Shown here: piece after piece, positions 25,545 through 37,970 of the stretch | Position numbering within the stretch: position 1 is the first letter of the stretch | Layout: each line of letters opens with the position of its first letter | NCBI GenBank assembly: GCA_964016885.1 | Contig: OZ024741.1 | Coordinates: 315,084,001 to 315,148,000 of the forward strand | Reading direction: 5' to 3' | Source of the DNA: Eledone cirrhosa | Taxonomy: Eukaryota | Length of the DNA stretch: 64,000 bases | Program-made: the position numbers and the translations under genes | Notes under the pieces: model-generated | What the model was told of the DNA's origin: nothing | Seen by the model: the letters and a program-made list of their open reading frames with translations, nothing else | Database searches by the model: none

Positions 25545-25883
25545 ATGTGTGTCTATGTCTGTGTGTGTTTATTTAAATGTAAGGATGTCGCAAATACATA
25601 TCGTAATAACTGATAGAATATGGTAAGATTTTGAATGATTATATATGTTATTTTTCTTATAATATTGTTTGTTTAATACATAACGTTTTTAACATTACAT
25701 TTAAATGAACTAAAAATCCATGTATATATTATAGAGGATCGATATAATATTGAATAAGTATACAAGCTCATTTGTTTATCACAAGACCAATCTAATCTTG
25801 AAATGTTGTATATAATTGTATCATTGATATCTGTATGTAATTATTGTTATCTTCAACATTATCATAAATATCGATATTTTCAG

Positions 25884-26015
25884 AATGCCGAGTAGGAATG
25901 TTTGGTGTTGCTTGTAATCAGACATGCCATTGTATCGATAACATTAACTGTGACAATCGAAATGGAATATGTTCAGATGGATGTGATGCAGGTTTTATTG
26001 GTGACAATTGCCGAG
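25884..26015 (+). CDS. EGF-like exon E4 (divergent, one codon shorter)
   Basis: ttttcAG/GTatat, 132 bp; (E)CRVGMFGVACNQTCHCIDNINCDNRNGICSDGCDAGFIGDNCR. This frame is not in the ORF track. Confidence 0.85.
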
Positions 26016-26063
26016 GTATATCATAAAGCTTTTACGCATTTACTATACACACACACGCGCGGG

Positions 26064-26098
<35 letters not shown>

Positions 26099-26424
26099 GT
26101 GTGTGTGTGTGTGAGAATGTGTGTGTGAGAATGTGTGTGTGTGTGTGTGTGTAGGTTTGTATGTGTGTTTGTGTGTGTGTGTGTGTGTTTGTGTGTGTAA
26201 ATATGATGTTTAATATAGAAATCGTTTCTATAGGACTAGCACATTTTCATCCAAAGAAATCATCAGCAACCGGCTTTCTCGTTGATTACTTTTGAATGAA
26301 ATAGTTCTTGTACTGTAGAAGTCATGTCTATATTTAAACGTGATATTTACAGCCTACATTTGTATTTTCTTCCATACTTTCACCGGATACCTTCGATTGA
26401 ATATAAATATAAATAAATGTATCT

Positions 26425-26476
<52 letters not shown>

Positions 26477-26899
26477 GAGCTGAATTACCCGCGGGTATAT
26501 AATAATTGCATTATTAAATTTTATTCTTATTTTGTTTTTCGTAAATCATTTTTTTCAAAATATCAATTCAAAGCTTTTTGAATAGGCATCATATCTAGTC
26601 ATTTACCTATTGTTTAAATTTCATATAAATCGATGGGAAAACATTTTCAGCGCGGGTTTTGTGCCCCCGAGGAACCCTTTGACTAAAATGAAGTATACTT
26701 ACCAAGTTCCCTGGTCAATGTAGTTTCAAAATATATATGGTTATGGGGTCTATCTCCAAAAGCCTGGGAGGAGTTCGTGAAATATTGTTCCATTTATTGG
26801 CCAAAATATTCACTATAGGGGGTTTAACACACATTAGGGTGTCTTAATATTTTTGAAATTTGCTGAAAGTTTGTGAATAGGCATCATATCTTCGTGAAC

Positions 26900-27752
26900 A
26901 ATGTCGCTGCGGAGCCACCGTGGGCTCTTTCGGCCTCCACCCGTTTTCCTGTCGCCACAGTGCCGGCTGCCCTCAACGAGGTCATAAAGCATGGCTTGGA
27001 CGCTGCGGGCTTCCCTTCCCCGCTCGAGCCGGTGAGGCTGGACCGAACGGGCGGCAAAAGGCCAGGTGGCATGACCATCTTCCCGTTCCGCGGTGGCAAA
27101 CCCCTCGTCTGGGATGCTAATTGCACCGACACTTTCTGCAGCCGCAACCTGGTGCAGTTTGCGACTAAGTCATGTTCTGCTGCATGTCAGGCTGAGGAGG
27201 CCAAACTCCTCAAATATCGGTCGCTCTCCGACAGGTTTGCTGTTGTACCCCTGGCAGTGGAGACTTCTGGTGTCCTCGGCCCTAGGGCTACCTCCCTACT
27301 CACCACCATAGGCGCTGAGCTGGCCAGCCGCATGTGTGAACACCGCGATTGGACAGGCTTTTCCAGCGCGTCTCCCTTGCCGTCTCCCGGGGAAACGCCT
27401 TCTCCATCTCGTCCGAAGGGGCTGTGGGTGAGGTGGTGGGGAATCGCGTAACATTCCATATTTAAGTATGTGCACTATCATATACATGCATAATGTAGTA
27501 ACGCACTGGAGTCGATGTGTCTTAATATTTTTAAAATTTGCTGAAAGTTTGTGAATAGGCATCATATCTGCGTGAACAATGTCGCTGCGGAGCCACCGTG
27601 GGCTCTTTCAGCCTCCACCCATTTTCCTGTCGCCACAGTGCCGGCTGCCTTCCACGCCATGCTGCCCTCAACGAGGTCATAAAGCATGGGTTGGATGGTG
27701 CGGGCTTCCCTTCCCAGCTCGAGTCGGTGGGGCTGGATCGAACGGGCGGCAA
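26900..27752 (+). mobile_element. Two further CRE-like fragments (26900-27450 and 27578-27752)
   Basis: GGKRPGGMTIFPFRGGKPLVWDANCTDTF, same 5' junction as the copy at 15500. Confidence 0.8.
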
Positions 27753-28225
27753 ATCCTTAAATTACCCGCTTTACGGACTCCTCTTTCTGATTTACTTTTA
27801 TTTTTATTTTAAACTTTATTTTTACTTCACATCCACCAGAGACAACCCCCCCCCCCCCCCCGCCCCCCACTGCTTTTTGATTCACTTACTTTATATCTTC
27901 ACAATTTTACATATTTTACTTCCCCCTTTTCTTTCACTACCTGATAACACATTTCACTTGCGTTTTCAACTCCAGATATATTTTGTTGTCCCTCAGACGA
28001 TTTTATGTATGTTTACTTGCGTATAATTTGTACTCAGTTATTCATACGGCTGGTTTTTATATTGTATCTTTGCGCGTGAGTGTGGATGTGTGTGTATACG
28101 TGTTTGTATATGTATACGAATGCATTCGTATGTGCGCGTGTATGTGTATATGTGTGTGTGTATGTGTGTTTTTATATCTATGTTTTTTAAATACTTATAT
28201 ATATATGTGTGTGTGTGTATATAGA

Positions 28226-28272
<47 letters not shown>

Positions 28273-28604
28273 GTATATATATATATGTATATATATATAT
28301 ATGGTCGCGTGCGTGCGTGTGATTAGATGTACATGTATGTATATATATGTGCTTCGTCTGTATGTATGCGAGCTTTTGTATGTATGTACTCATGTATGTG
28401 CTTTTGTCTGTACGTATTTATATATATATGTTTATATTTAAAAGTTAAACAAGATTCAATGAATAAATCTCTATCGTATGTATTATATATTTTTCTCATG
28501 TTCTCAATATTAAGGTATATAAATATTGAGTTTTGACATATATTACTCACTACCATGACTGAATCTTAACCATCTACTATGTCAGGGTATGTCATGCATC
28601 ATCT

Positions 28605-28671
28605 TATTTTATCTGATGAGGACGTACTGTTGACGTTAACTCAGTACCTCTGAAATATGTATAATAAAATA
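28605..28671 (+). ncRNA. Type I hammerhead ribozyme (orphan PLE pLTR remnant)
   Basis: TATTTTAT-CTGATGA-GGACGTACTG...CAGTACCTCT-GAAA-TATGTA-TA-ATAAAATA. Confidence 0.8.
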
Positions 28672-29275
28672 TACTTGATCACAAGAATATCTATTTTGTT
28701 AATATTTTGAATTTATATTTTTATATATATATGTGTATGTACGAACCTATGTATGTTTTCTATTTTTTCTAGTGTTACTTTATAATTGATAACCCCTCCC
28801 TGTTACTTTCCTTTGATTACATTTTTTTATTCTAATATATTTTTTCATTTTTTCATTTTCATATTTTATATGTTTTATATATGTATCGACCTTCAGGTTG
28901 ACACTGCTTTGACTGATACACTCCCTTCCCTGTATATATCACTTGCATGTATGTGGTTGCGCGTGTGTGTGTGTTTATACGCGTGCTTTCATACTTGTAT
29001 GTGTATATATTTCAATCCTTAGTCCCTGAGTCTGAATGTACGTTAACTCTATTATCATACAATTTCATTTTTCAACATATATTATATACGTATTTCTGGT
29101 CACACATACACTGATATGCTTGCCCTCATATATGTACTTACGCACACATTTTTTTACTATACACATGCATTTGTACATACACACATATGTACATTTGTAG
29201 GTGCATATACACACATTTATACACATACGCTTACTATATTTCCTTATTTTATTTTCATATATCTCTTGCATTACT

Positions 29276-29309
<34 letters not shown>

Positions 29310-29369
29310 TTCGCCCGTTAAACTTTTGCCTTTCTTGAGGAGATTTTTCAAATATTTCACTATGTTTTA

Positions 29370-29447
29370 AATTGCCTTGTCTGACGAACGAATGAGGACG
29401 TTTCTTGTATTCGTCTTATTCGGGAAACCTCTGGTAATGAGGTAATT
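29370..29447 (+). ncRNA. Type I hammerhead ribozyme (orphan PLE pLTR remnant)
   Basis: AATTGCCTTGT-CTGACGA-ACGAATGAGGACG...CGTCTTATTCGG-GAAA-CCTCTGG-TA-ATGAGGTAATT; 11 bp stem I including G.U pairs. Confidence 0.75.
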
Positions 29448-29546
29448 ATATTGTATTGTTTATTATACATTAAATTTAGCTCTGTAACTTACATAGATCA
29501 CTCTTCACTCCTATGACTTTTTCAATTTTCAACGGAAACTTCAATA

Positions 29547-29603
<57 letters not shown>

Positions 29604-30131
29604 GTACATACATAAATGCATTTATATATATATATGCCGTATATGCCGGTGTAAAGGTTGATGCGGTGCATAGGTCGACCCATCAAATTCTGAGGTGAAA
29701 TTCAGGTTTAGTCCTATATAGGCCGGGTGAGACGACAATCCAAATATAAGACATTACCATCTCTCCAGCTGTAGATATGCTTGCCGTTGTTTATTTGCAT
29801 AAAATATAAAACATGGAAATAAACACTAAATAGTTGTAAAATAAAAATACTTGTGAAGAAAGTACAATTTGTAAAATTTATTTTACAATTAACAAAATGA
29901 TTTAACTGAACTGTTTCATTAGTAAACAACATGCTACCACACCGTTACTTGATACGCGGTAATTTTAAAAACCTAAAATGTCCTTATCCTCAGTTTATCA
30001 GCATTACATGGCGATACATTTTGACTTTCAGGCAGTTTTGTTTCGTGGGGAACCTACCGTAGTTTTTTCAGATAGTATGGATAATTCAGTGAATCAATAT
30101 ACCATTAATTTTATAACTATAATATCTACAC

Positions 30132-30190
<59 letters not shown>

Positions 30191-30337
30191 GTTAAAATAC
30201 TGGAGCGTGTTGGAGTTAAACACCCTCTTCGTATTATAGAAATGACAGGAAAAGGTATAGCTCAAGGTAATTAAACAGAGCCGAAGAATTATGAAAGTAA
30301 AACAAAGAAGCCTTCAATACATCAAAAGTCTTTATTA

Positions 30338-30375
30338 GCCAACAATGTTTCGTCCTATTAAGGACTCATCAGGGC
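30338..30375 (-). ncRNA. Minimal HHR in PLE-A pLTR (mirror copy 34216-34253, plus strand)
   Basis: GCC-CTGATGA-GTCCT TAAT AGGAC-GAAA-CATTG-TT-GGC. Confidence 0.8.
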
Positions 30376-32215
30376 AATTAAAACAACAAGAAGAATATGG
30401 AGTGTACATACACTAAAGTATTGCAAGATTATGGGTAAATATATATAATAAAAATATATAATAAAAATCACTAAGGAGGTGTATAACATTTAGAACCATA
30501 TTACAAATATAGTCCAAAGCAAAAAAAAACCTAGAGCTAAACAAAGGTGGTTATATAGAGCAGGAATTATATATAATACAATATAATATAATATAATATA
30601 CCTTTACCGATATTAAAATTACAATAAAAATCAAAAGGTACAATATACATATGTACGCACACGTACGCACACATACACGTACATCAATACACATATCCAT
30701 CTTCAACAGCACAAATTAAACCTTATTAAGAGTTTAAATATAAATAAGCATGATAGGAATAAAAATAATAATAATAATAATAATACATATACCCAATATA
30801 CATGAGGTAATAATATAATATTATTATAAGTAGCACATATAATATATAATAAACTATACAATTATATACTATATAATATAATATAATAGAATAGATAATC
30901 TCCGGTTAATTTGCACAAACAATATAGATGTCACAATAATACTATAATAATAATATAATAACATGTATAATATACAATATATAATGGCATTCAAGTTAAC
31001 AAATCAATTCATATAGAGTTACAGAGTAGGTGAGGAAAAATAAATTGTACAATACCCAAAAATTATGATGGTACAAAAATATAAACATCTTACATGATAT
31101 ATAAAGTTTAACATATCACAATGTTACATATAATCAACGGTAAGTAATAAGGATCGATATTACAATAACAAATACAATATAATATAAAATAATTAACATA
31201 ATATAATATATAATTACTTATAACTACAAGGTTGGTAAACATACATATATGTGGATGAGTGAGTAAGGGCCAGACAGTAAATATAATGCACAGTAGTATT
31301 ACAAATAAAATATAAAATAAAATAAAATAAATAAATAGAATCAACCGGAAATTAAAAAACAAAAACAAAAGTATACATTTAGGTCTCACATGCAGTTAAG
31401 TAAAAACTTAGGAAATAACCCCGGTAAATGACTCGAAAACCCTATTTGATAAATTAATATTAAAAATATTTAAAATATCCAATAAGGCAATATAATATTA
31501 GCTATGGTTTAAGTAATCAAAGTTTATAAACGTTAATATTTCGTTACAAATATTTACAAAAAGGAATGAAATTTTCTACTATCATATACATAACGATATC
31601 TAAAAAACTGACTTAAGCAGAATTATGGTAGGCTAATAGGGACAGAAATAAAGAAATATATGGAGAATACAAAGGGGCATAAAATAATAGTCAATATACT
31701 ATATTAAATAATAGAAAGGAGCGTAAAAGAGGGGGGATTAAATATAATCATAATCTATTTGGAGGGGTTGACAATAAGTTTATGTGCGCGTGGGGGGAGG
31801 TGGGGAGGGGGGGGGGTTTATCCAAAGAAGAATCCAAATAAAAATAAAAATAAAATAAAATAAAATAAAATAAAATAAAATAAAATAAAATAAAATAATG
31901 TAAAATATATAATCCGATATATACTCATAAGGTGTTAATAGTGAAAATTTAATGCTTAAGAAGATAGATTATGGTATAGTAGCCAAAAGATTATGAGAGC
32001 TAGAATAAAGAGTTGTCAAAAACCAATGATAATAATGATGATAATAATGGTGGTAAACAAAAAGAACCTAAACTAAAAAATAAGTAATGGAATATATCAG
32101 CTAATGGATACAATTTGTACTACTAGAACCTTTAGGTTTATAATAAAAGTAAGAATTAGAAATAGCGTGGGGGCAAGAAGAGAATATCTCAGACTTTCTA
32201 TTAAGTAAGGATTCG

Positions 32216-34130
32216 CTAGAGAAAATTATAGAGTGTCTCGAGGATACAGAGATTACAAAATTTAGTATGTGTAGAAAGGTTATTAGAGCGTGCTACTAAA
32301 CGCCAGTTAAGGCTATATGGTATATTAGCCCCCTTAAGATCCCAGATATAATGTGCTAAAGAAGTAGAATTCTTAAACTTAACATGTTTGAAATTAGAGA
32401 TATGAGAATTAAACCTAGTCTTAAAAGTGTTAGAAGTAGAGCCTATATAAGTTCTATTAGAGGAATTAGTTATTACTACGCAAGCATAGACAATGTTCTT
32501 AGAGAGGCAGTTACCGTTTAAAGGGCAGTTAGCACTCACTCTACAATTACACTTCCGGGTGTTATTAGTTGGCTCAAGTGGTGATGCATTACACGTAGGA
32601 TTGCTATTAGATAAGGTCTGTTCTGGTGGTAATGCATTTCCAGATCTGTTCAGACTAGTAGTATGTAGAGAGGAGAATCCATCCCTAATTTTCCTATTGT
32701 TAGTGCTAGCTAAATGAGAACTAATATTAGGGGTGGTAGAGAATGAAAGTTTAATAACATTTTTATTAAAAATACTATGGTATTTATGAGAAGGGGGGGA
32801 ATTTTTCTCTAAGATAGAAAAGAAAGACCTAGGGATATTAGTTAATACTTCCTGAATATATGGCGGGTTAAAATAAGTATTTAATCTCCTTCTATTTTTA
32901 TTCTTACCGACTCTACCATTATCTAATATCCCACCATCAAGACTAGGGTTACTACAAGGATTAGTTAAAACCACATTATTAGAATCAGCCAAAATTCCAC
33001 CAAGTCTATTACTGTTTCTACCTCCAGTAGATCTGCTGCTGTCTGGAATCCCATCAAAAGGATTAGGGCCAATAATAGGATCAGTAGAAGCAACATTATT
33101 AGAATAAGATCTAGCAAAATTATCACCAATGAGTGAGCGCTCAGAGGGTTCGACTTGTTTCCTAGAGGTATTATATTCACTATTACGAGTCCCGTGGGTT
33201 AACTTATGGATGGGTTCAGATACACCTATGTAATTTTTACGGTTATTATGCTTCCTACTCCCATTCATGGTCATGTTATGTGATATTATGTTATTATTAT
33301 TAAAAGTAAGCGGAGACTTTCTAAGGTTACTATTATTATAATGTATTTTACTAGAGTAACCGGAATTTGCTAGGGCATTATTATAGTACTCCGCATGTTC
33401 ATTAAATGTTCCTACGTCCTTAGAGAGTGTGGAAATCCTATTAGATACACCCTTAATTATAGAGCTTATCATAGATTTGGGGTGGTTAGAATTGGGACTA
33501 ACATAAGAAAGTATTTCATTAGGCTTATGGAAGGGTTTAAAACTATTAGTGACCAAGTCCAAAGTCACATCTAAAAAGTTAACCGCTCTATCATTTCTAT
33601 CTATCGTGATCGAAAGGTTATAGCTTTTAAAAAACTTATAAAGCTTCTTCTTATTATGCTCGACATTGTTGATGCTAGAGTTAATTACAAACAATGCATC
33701 ATCACGATATAGTCCGCCTATAAGGTGCGGGAAGGTAGCATATAGTTCATTAAGGAGGAACAACTCAACAAGATCAGTAACCTGGGCCGAATCACTCGAA
33801 CCCATTGTAACGTCGAAATTATTGGGCGTGTTTTTACGGGTCCAAAATGTGTCCTCAAATTTAATAATAGTTCTACGGGCTGCTAGTATAATATCTACCT
33901 GTGATCGTGTAAGGCTGGACACTCTCATGGCCAACATTAAAGCTTTATTGAGGAGGATGGGTGAAATTGATGTGTAGTAGGCATCAATATCGAATTGGAT
34001 AAACTTATTAGATTCAAGTCTATTAATCCCAGAGAACCAATCTATAACTTCCTTAGTGTTCCCCCATAGGTTAAAATTAACTTTATCCCTAACATCTGGT
34101 ATAATAAGGTCAAGGATTTTTTTTACTGAT
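32216..34130 (-). CDS. PLE reverse transcriptase + C-terminal GIY-YIG endonuclease (5' partial)
   Basis: FIQFDIDAYYTSI (upstream of the track ORF), FDVTMGSSDSAQV, GLYRDDAL, VNFLDVTLDL, SNHP, CNCRVSANCPLNGNCL, IVY...YIGST...FKTRFNSH, CNLCILE. The CxCx5C linker resembles the Hydra clade (from memory, unverified). Confidence 0.92.
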
Positions 34131-34331
34131 AATGGCTATATCGGACTTAGAAGGACAGATGAGTCTAACAGAGGGGTTACTAATAAAATCGATAATACTT
34201 CTTGTTGTTTTAATTGCCCTGATGAGTCCTTAATAGGCCGAAACATTGTTGGCTAATAAAGACTTTTGATTATTGAAGGCTTCTTTGTTTTACTTTCATA
34301 AATACATATATATATATATATATATATGTGT

Positions 34332-34390
<59 letters not shown>

Positions 34391-35030
34391 CATGTATGTT
34401 CTTCTGGTTTTATAATTTCATGAATTTGTGCCAATAGAGTCGGTTTCTAACATAGTTACAAGTCTTTCTCATTGGAATTTACACAACATCAACTAGGTAG
34501 ATACGTATGCATGTCTGCATTCATGCATGTGTAGGTATGGATGTTATCGTATGTGTGGATGTGGATGATTTGAGTTGTATGTGTGCATGTGAATACGCTT
34601 CGTATCTGTAACATGTGTATATGCAGTTAGTAGATGCAAAATATTTGGAATGTTTTACATAATTTTACTGTTCCATTAATGGATTGTACTTGTAATTTCC
34701 TAATTAGTTTTGTTCTTTCTGTTTCTGTGAAGCCCAGCTTCTCAAGATTTGTATTGACGCAGTTACTAAGATATCCCAGTTCCCCAATAATCACAGGCAT
34801 AATTCAGAAGGTATAATCAGGGTGGAGTATCTGCAGATTTCTCATTAGTTCTGCATAAATATTCTCCTTTTCGCTAAGTTTTGATATTTTATTGGTATCT
34901 GCTGACCAGCTAATTTACACTACAGTGCAGGCCCTCTTTTCCTTTTCCCATATCCTTATATCTGGTATGTTATGACTGCATTTTATTGGGGTTTTTTACA
35001 AGAACATTCCACCAGTACTCTTTCATATTA
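34391..35030 (-). mobile_element. R4/Dong-like RLE non-LTR 3' fragment
   Basis: Homologous to 36364-36846 and 57626-58800; minus strand KPDI..W and PVIIG.LG motifs. Confidence 0.7.
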
Positions 35031-35498
35031 CGTATATGTATGTATGTATGTATGCATGTATGTATATACGTACGTATGTATGTATGCATTTATACATATA
35101 CAGTATATATAGAGAGATATATTTGTGTGTGTGTATGTCTATGTTTGTGTGTATGTGTGTGCGTGTGTGTGTATGTGTGTGTGTATATTTACTAATATGT
35201 AAGAATGTCGCAAATACATATTGTAGTATCTGATAGAATATGGTAAGATTTTAAAGGATTATATATATTATTTTTCTTATAATATTGTTTGTTTCTTTCA
35301 TAATGTTTTTAAAATTGCATTTAAATGAACTAAAATCCACGTATATATTATAGATGATCGATATAATATTCAATAAGTATACATTTTCATATGTTTATCA
35401 CAAGACTACTCTAATCTTAAAATTCGGTATAAAATTGTATCATTGATATTTCTATGTAATTAATATCTTCAACATTATCATATATATTGATTTTTCAG

Positions 35499-35633
35499 AA
35501 TGCCCAGTAGGAAAGTTTGGTGTTGCTTGTAATGGGACATGCCATTGTCTCCGCAACATTAACTGTGACATTCAAAATGGAACATGTTCTGATAGATGTT
35601 CTGCAGGTTATATTGGTGACAATTGCCAACAAG
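35499..35633 (+). CDS. EGF-like exon E5
   Basis: tttttcAG/GTaatc, 135 bp; (E)CPVGKFGVACNGTCHCLRNINCDIQNGTCSDRCSAGYIGDNCQQ. Confidence 0.85.
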
Positions 35634-35700
35634 GTAATCATAAACTTGTTAAGTATTTACTATACACACATACACACACTCACACACACACACACACGTT

Positions 35701-35731
<31 letters not shown>

Positions 35732-36290
35732 GTTTGTGTTTGTGTGTGTGTGTGTCCGTGTTTGTGTGTGTGTGTGTGTCTGTGTGTGTGTGTTTGTGAG
35801 TGTGTCTGTGTACGTAAATATGATGTTTAGAAATCGCTTCTACAGGACTAGAATAATTTCAACCATAGAAATCATCAGGAACCGGCTTCCCTGTTGATTA
35901 CTTTTGAATGAAATAGTTCTTGTACTTTAGAAGCCATGCCTATATTAAACGTGATATTTACACCCTACAATTGTATTTTGTTCCATACTCGTACTGGTTA
36001 TTTCAGATTGAAACCGGGACTAATATAAATATAAATAAACGTATACATATATATACTACATAAATGCATTTATATATATATATACCGTATATGCCGGTGT
36101 AAAAGTTGACGCGGTGCATAGGTCGACCCATCAAATTCTGAGGTATAATTCAGGTTTAGTCCTATATACACCGGGTGAGACGACATCCAGTTTTATTTCG
36201 TGGGGAATCTACCGTAGTTTTTCGGATAGTTTAGATAATTCAGGAATCAATATACCATTAATTTTATAACTATATTATTTATACTAATAT

Positions 36291-36359
<69 letters not shown>

Positions 36360-36363
36360 ATGT

Positions 36364-36846
36364 ACGTATGTATGTTCTTCTGGTTTTATAATTTCATGAA
36401 TTTGTGCCAATAGAGTCGGTTTTTAACATAGTTACAAGTGTCTCTAATTGGAATTTACACAACATCAACTAGGTAGATAAGTATGAATGTCTGCATTCAT
36501 GCATGTGTAGGTATGGATGTTATTGTATGTGTGGATGTGGATGATTTGAGTTGTATGTGTGCATGTGAATACGCTTCGTATCTGTACATGTATATATGCA
36601 GTTAGTAGATGCAAAATATTTGGAATGTTTTACATATTTTTACTGTTCCATTAATGGATTGTACTTGTAATTTCCTATCTAGTTGTGTTCTTTCTGTTTC
36701 TGTGAAGCCCAGCTTCTCAAGATTTGTATTGATGCAGTTACTAACATATCCCAGTGCCCCAATAATCACAGGCATAAATCTGAAGGTAAAATCAGGGTGG
36801 AGTATCTGCAGATTTCTCATTAGTTCTGCATAAATATTCTCCTTTA
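36364..36846 (-). mobile_element. R4/Dong-like 3' fragment (duplicate of 34391-34870)
   Basis: MRNLQILHPDFTFRFMPVIIGALG...LQVQSINGTVKICKTF. Confidence 0.7.
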
Positions 36847-36851
36847 CGTCC

Positions 36852-36981
36852 CTTTATTATCTGAGTTCAAATCCCTCTAATTTGAACTTTGCCTTTCCTC
36901 CTTACGGGGTCGATAAAATAAAGTACCAGTAATGTACTGGTAATTGCTGGCCTTGTGCCAAAAGTAGAATCAATTATTATT
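36852..36981 (+). mobile_element. tRNA-derived SINE, 5'-truncated
   Basis: GAGTTCAAATCC plus the core CCTTACGGGGTCGATAAAATAAAGTACCAG. Confidence 0.75.
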
Positions 36982-37970
36982 AAACACTAGACCATCCCTG
37001 ACACATTAGGTCACAATCACTTCAAAATATTTTTTAAAAATCATGTTCACTTCAAAATAATTTTTAAAGAATTAAAATATACACACATGTGTATATAATG
37101 TGAAATGAAACTGGATGGCCCATTTTAAATACGTGTGTGTATGTATATATATAAATTTGTATGTGTATACACATATGTATATGTGTGTGTGTGTGTGTGT
37201 ATATACGGGTGTTTGTGATTTATATATACTGGTCATAGACACACATACACACATCCTCATTCTCCTTCACTGTCTCCTCTCCCTCTCCCTATGTGTCTCT
37301 TTCAATCTACTTTCTCACAGCTACCAACTCTTTCTCTCTATCTTTCTGTCTCTGTTGGTGAAGGTAGCCGGAAAAACTCCATATCTCGGGAATCCGTGTA
37401 CTGATTTCCGCGAAACATGTCTTATTCCATTTGTATTCGCATTTCAGGGTCAACTTCCTATCAAAGTATTTTCGCATTATGCGCCCTTTTGACTGTATTA
37501 CATTACAGACAAGCAAGAAAGCAAACAATCACAGACTTTTACTATTATACTAGACCACTTGTAACCCGTTGATACACGTTCACTTAAAAATAATGTTTAA
37601 ATAGTTAAAATATTCACACAGACATGTATATAATGTAAAATGAAATTTTCAATTAAGAATATTTTTTAAATATGCCAAAACATATTTTTAATCGTTTTCA
37701 CTTGAAAATAATTTTATTTTAAATTAAAATATTGTCTGTGTAAAGAAAGCTAAAATATAAATACTTACTATACGAACAACCTTTATTTTCGAAATTATAT
37801 TCACTTAAAAGTATTTCTAAATAATTAAAATATTCTATTTAACAAAACTAAAAATATAAACATTTACTGTAAAAATAACTCGTATTTTTCAGTACATATT
37901 CACTTGAAGAATTTTTTTTGGGGGGGTAACTGAAACATCGTCTGTTTAATTGTCTGCTTAAAGAAAGCTG

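Larger units (their letters stand above)
19447..25730. repeat. Segmental duplication block 2
   Basis: Paralogous to 11100-17400 with different insertions and deletions. Confidence 0.85.
30187..34300 (-). mobile_element. Penelope-like element A, 5'-truncated, with inverted partial pLTR
   Basis: RT + GIY-YIG ORF. 34197-34300 is the reverse complement of 30289-30393. Both ends lie in (TA)n. Confidence 0.92.
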
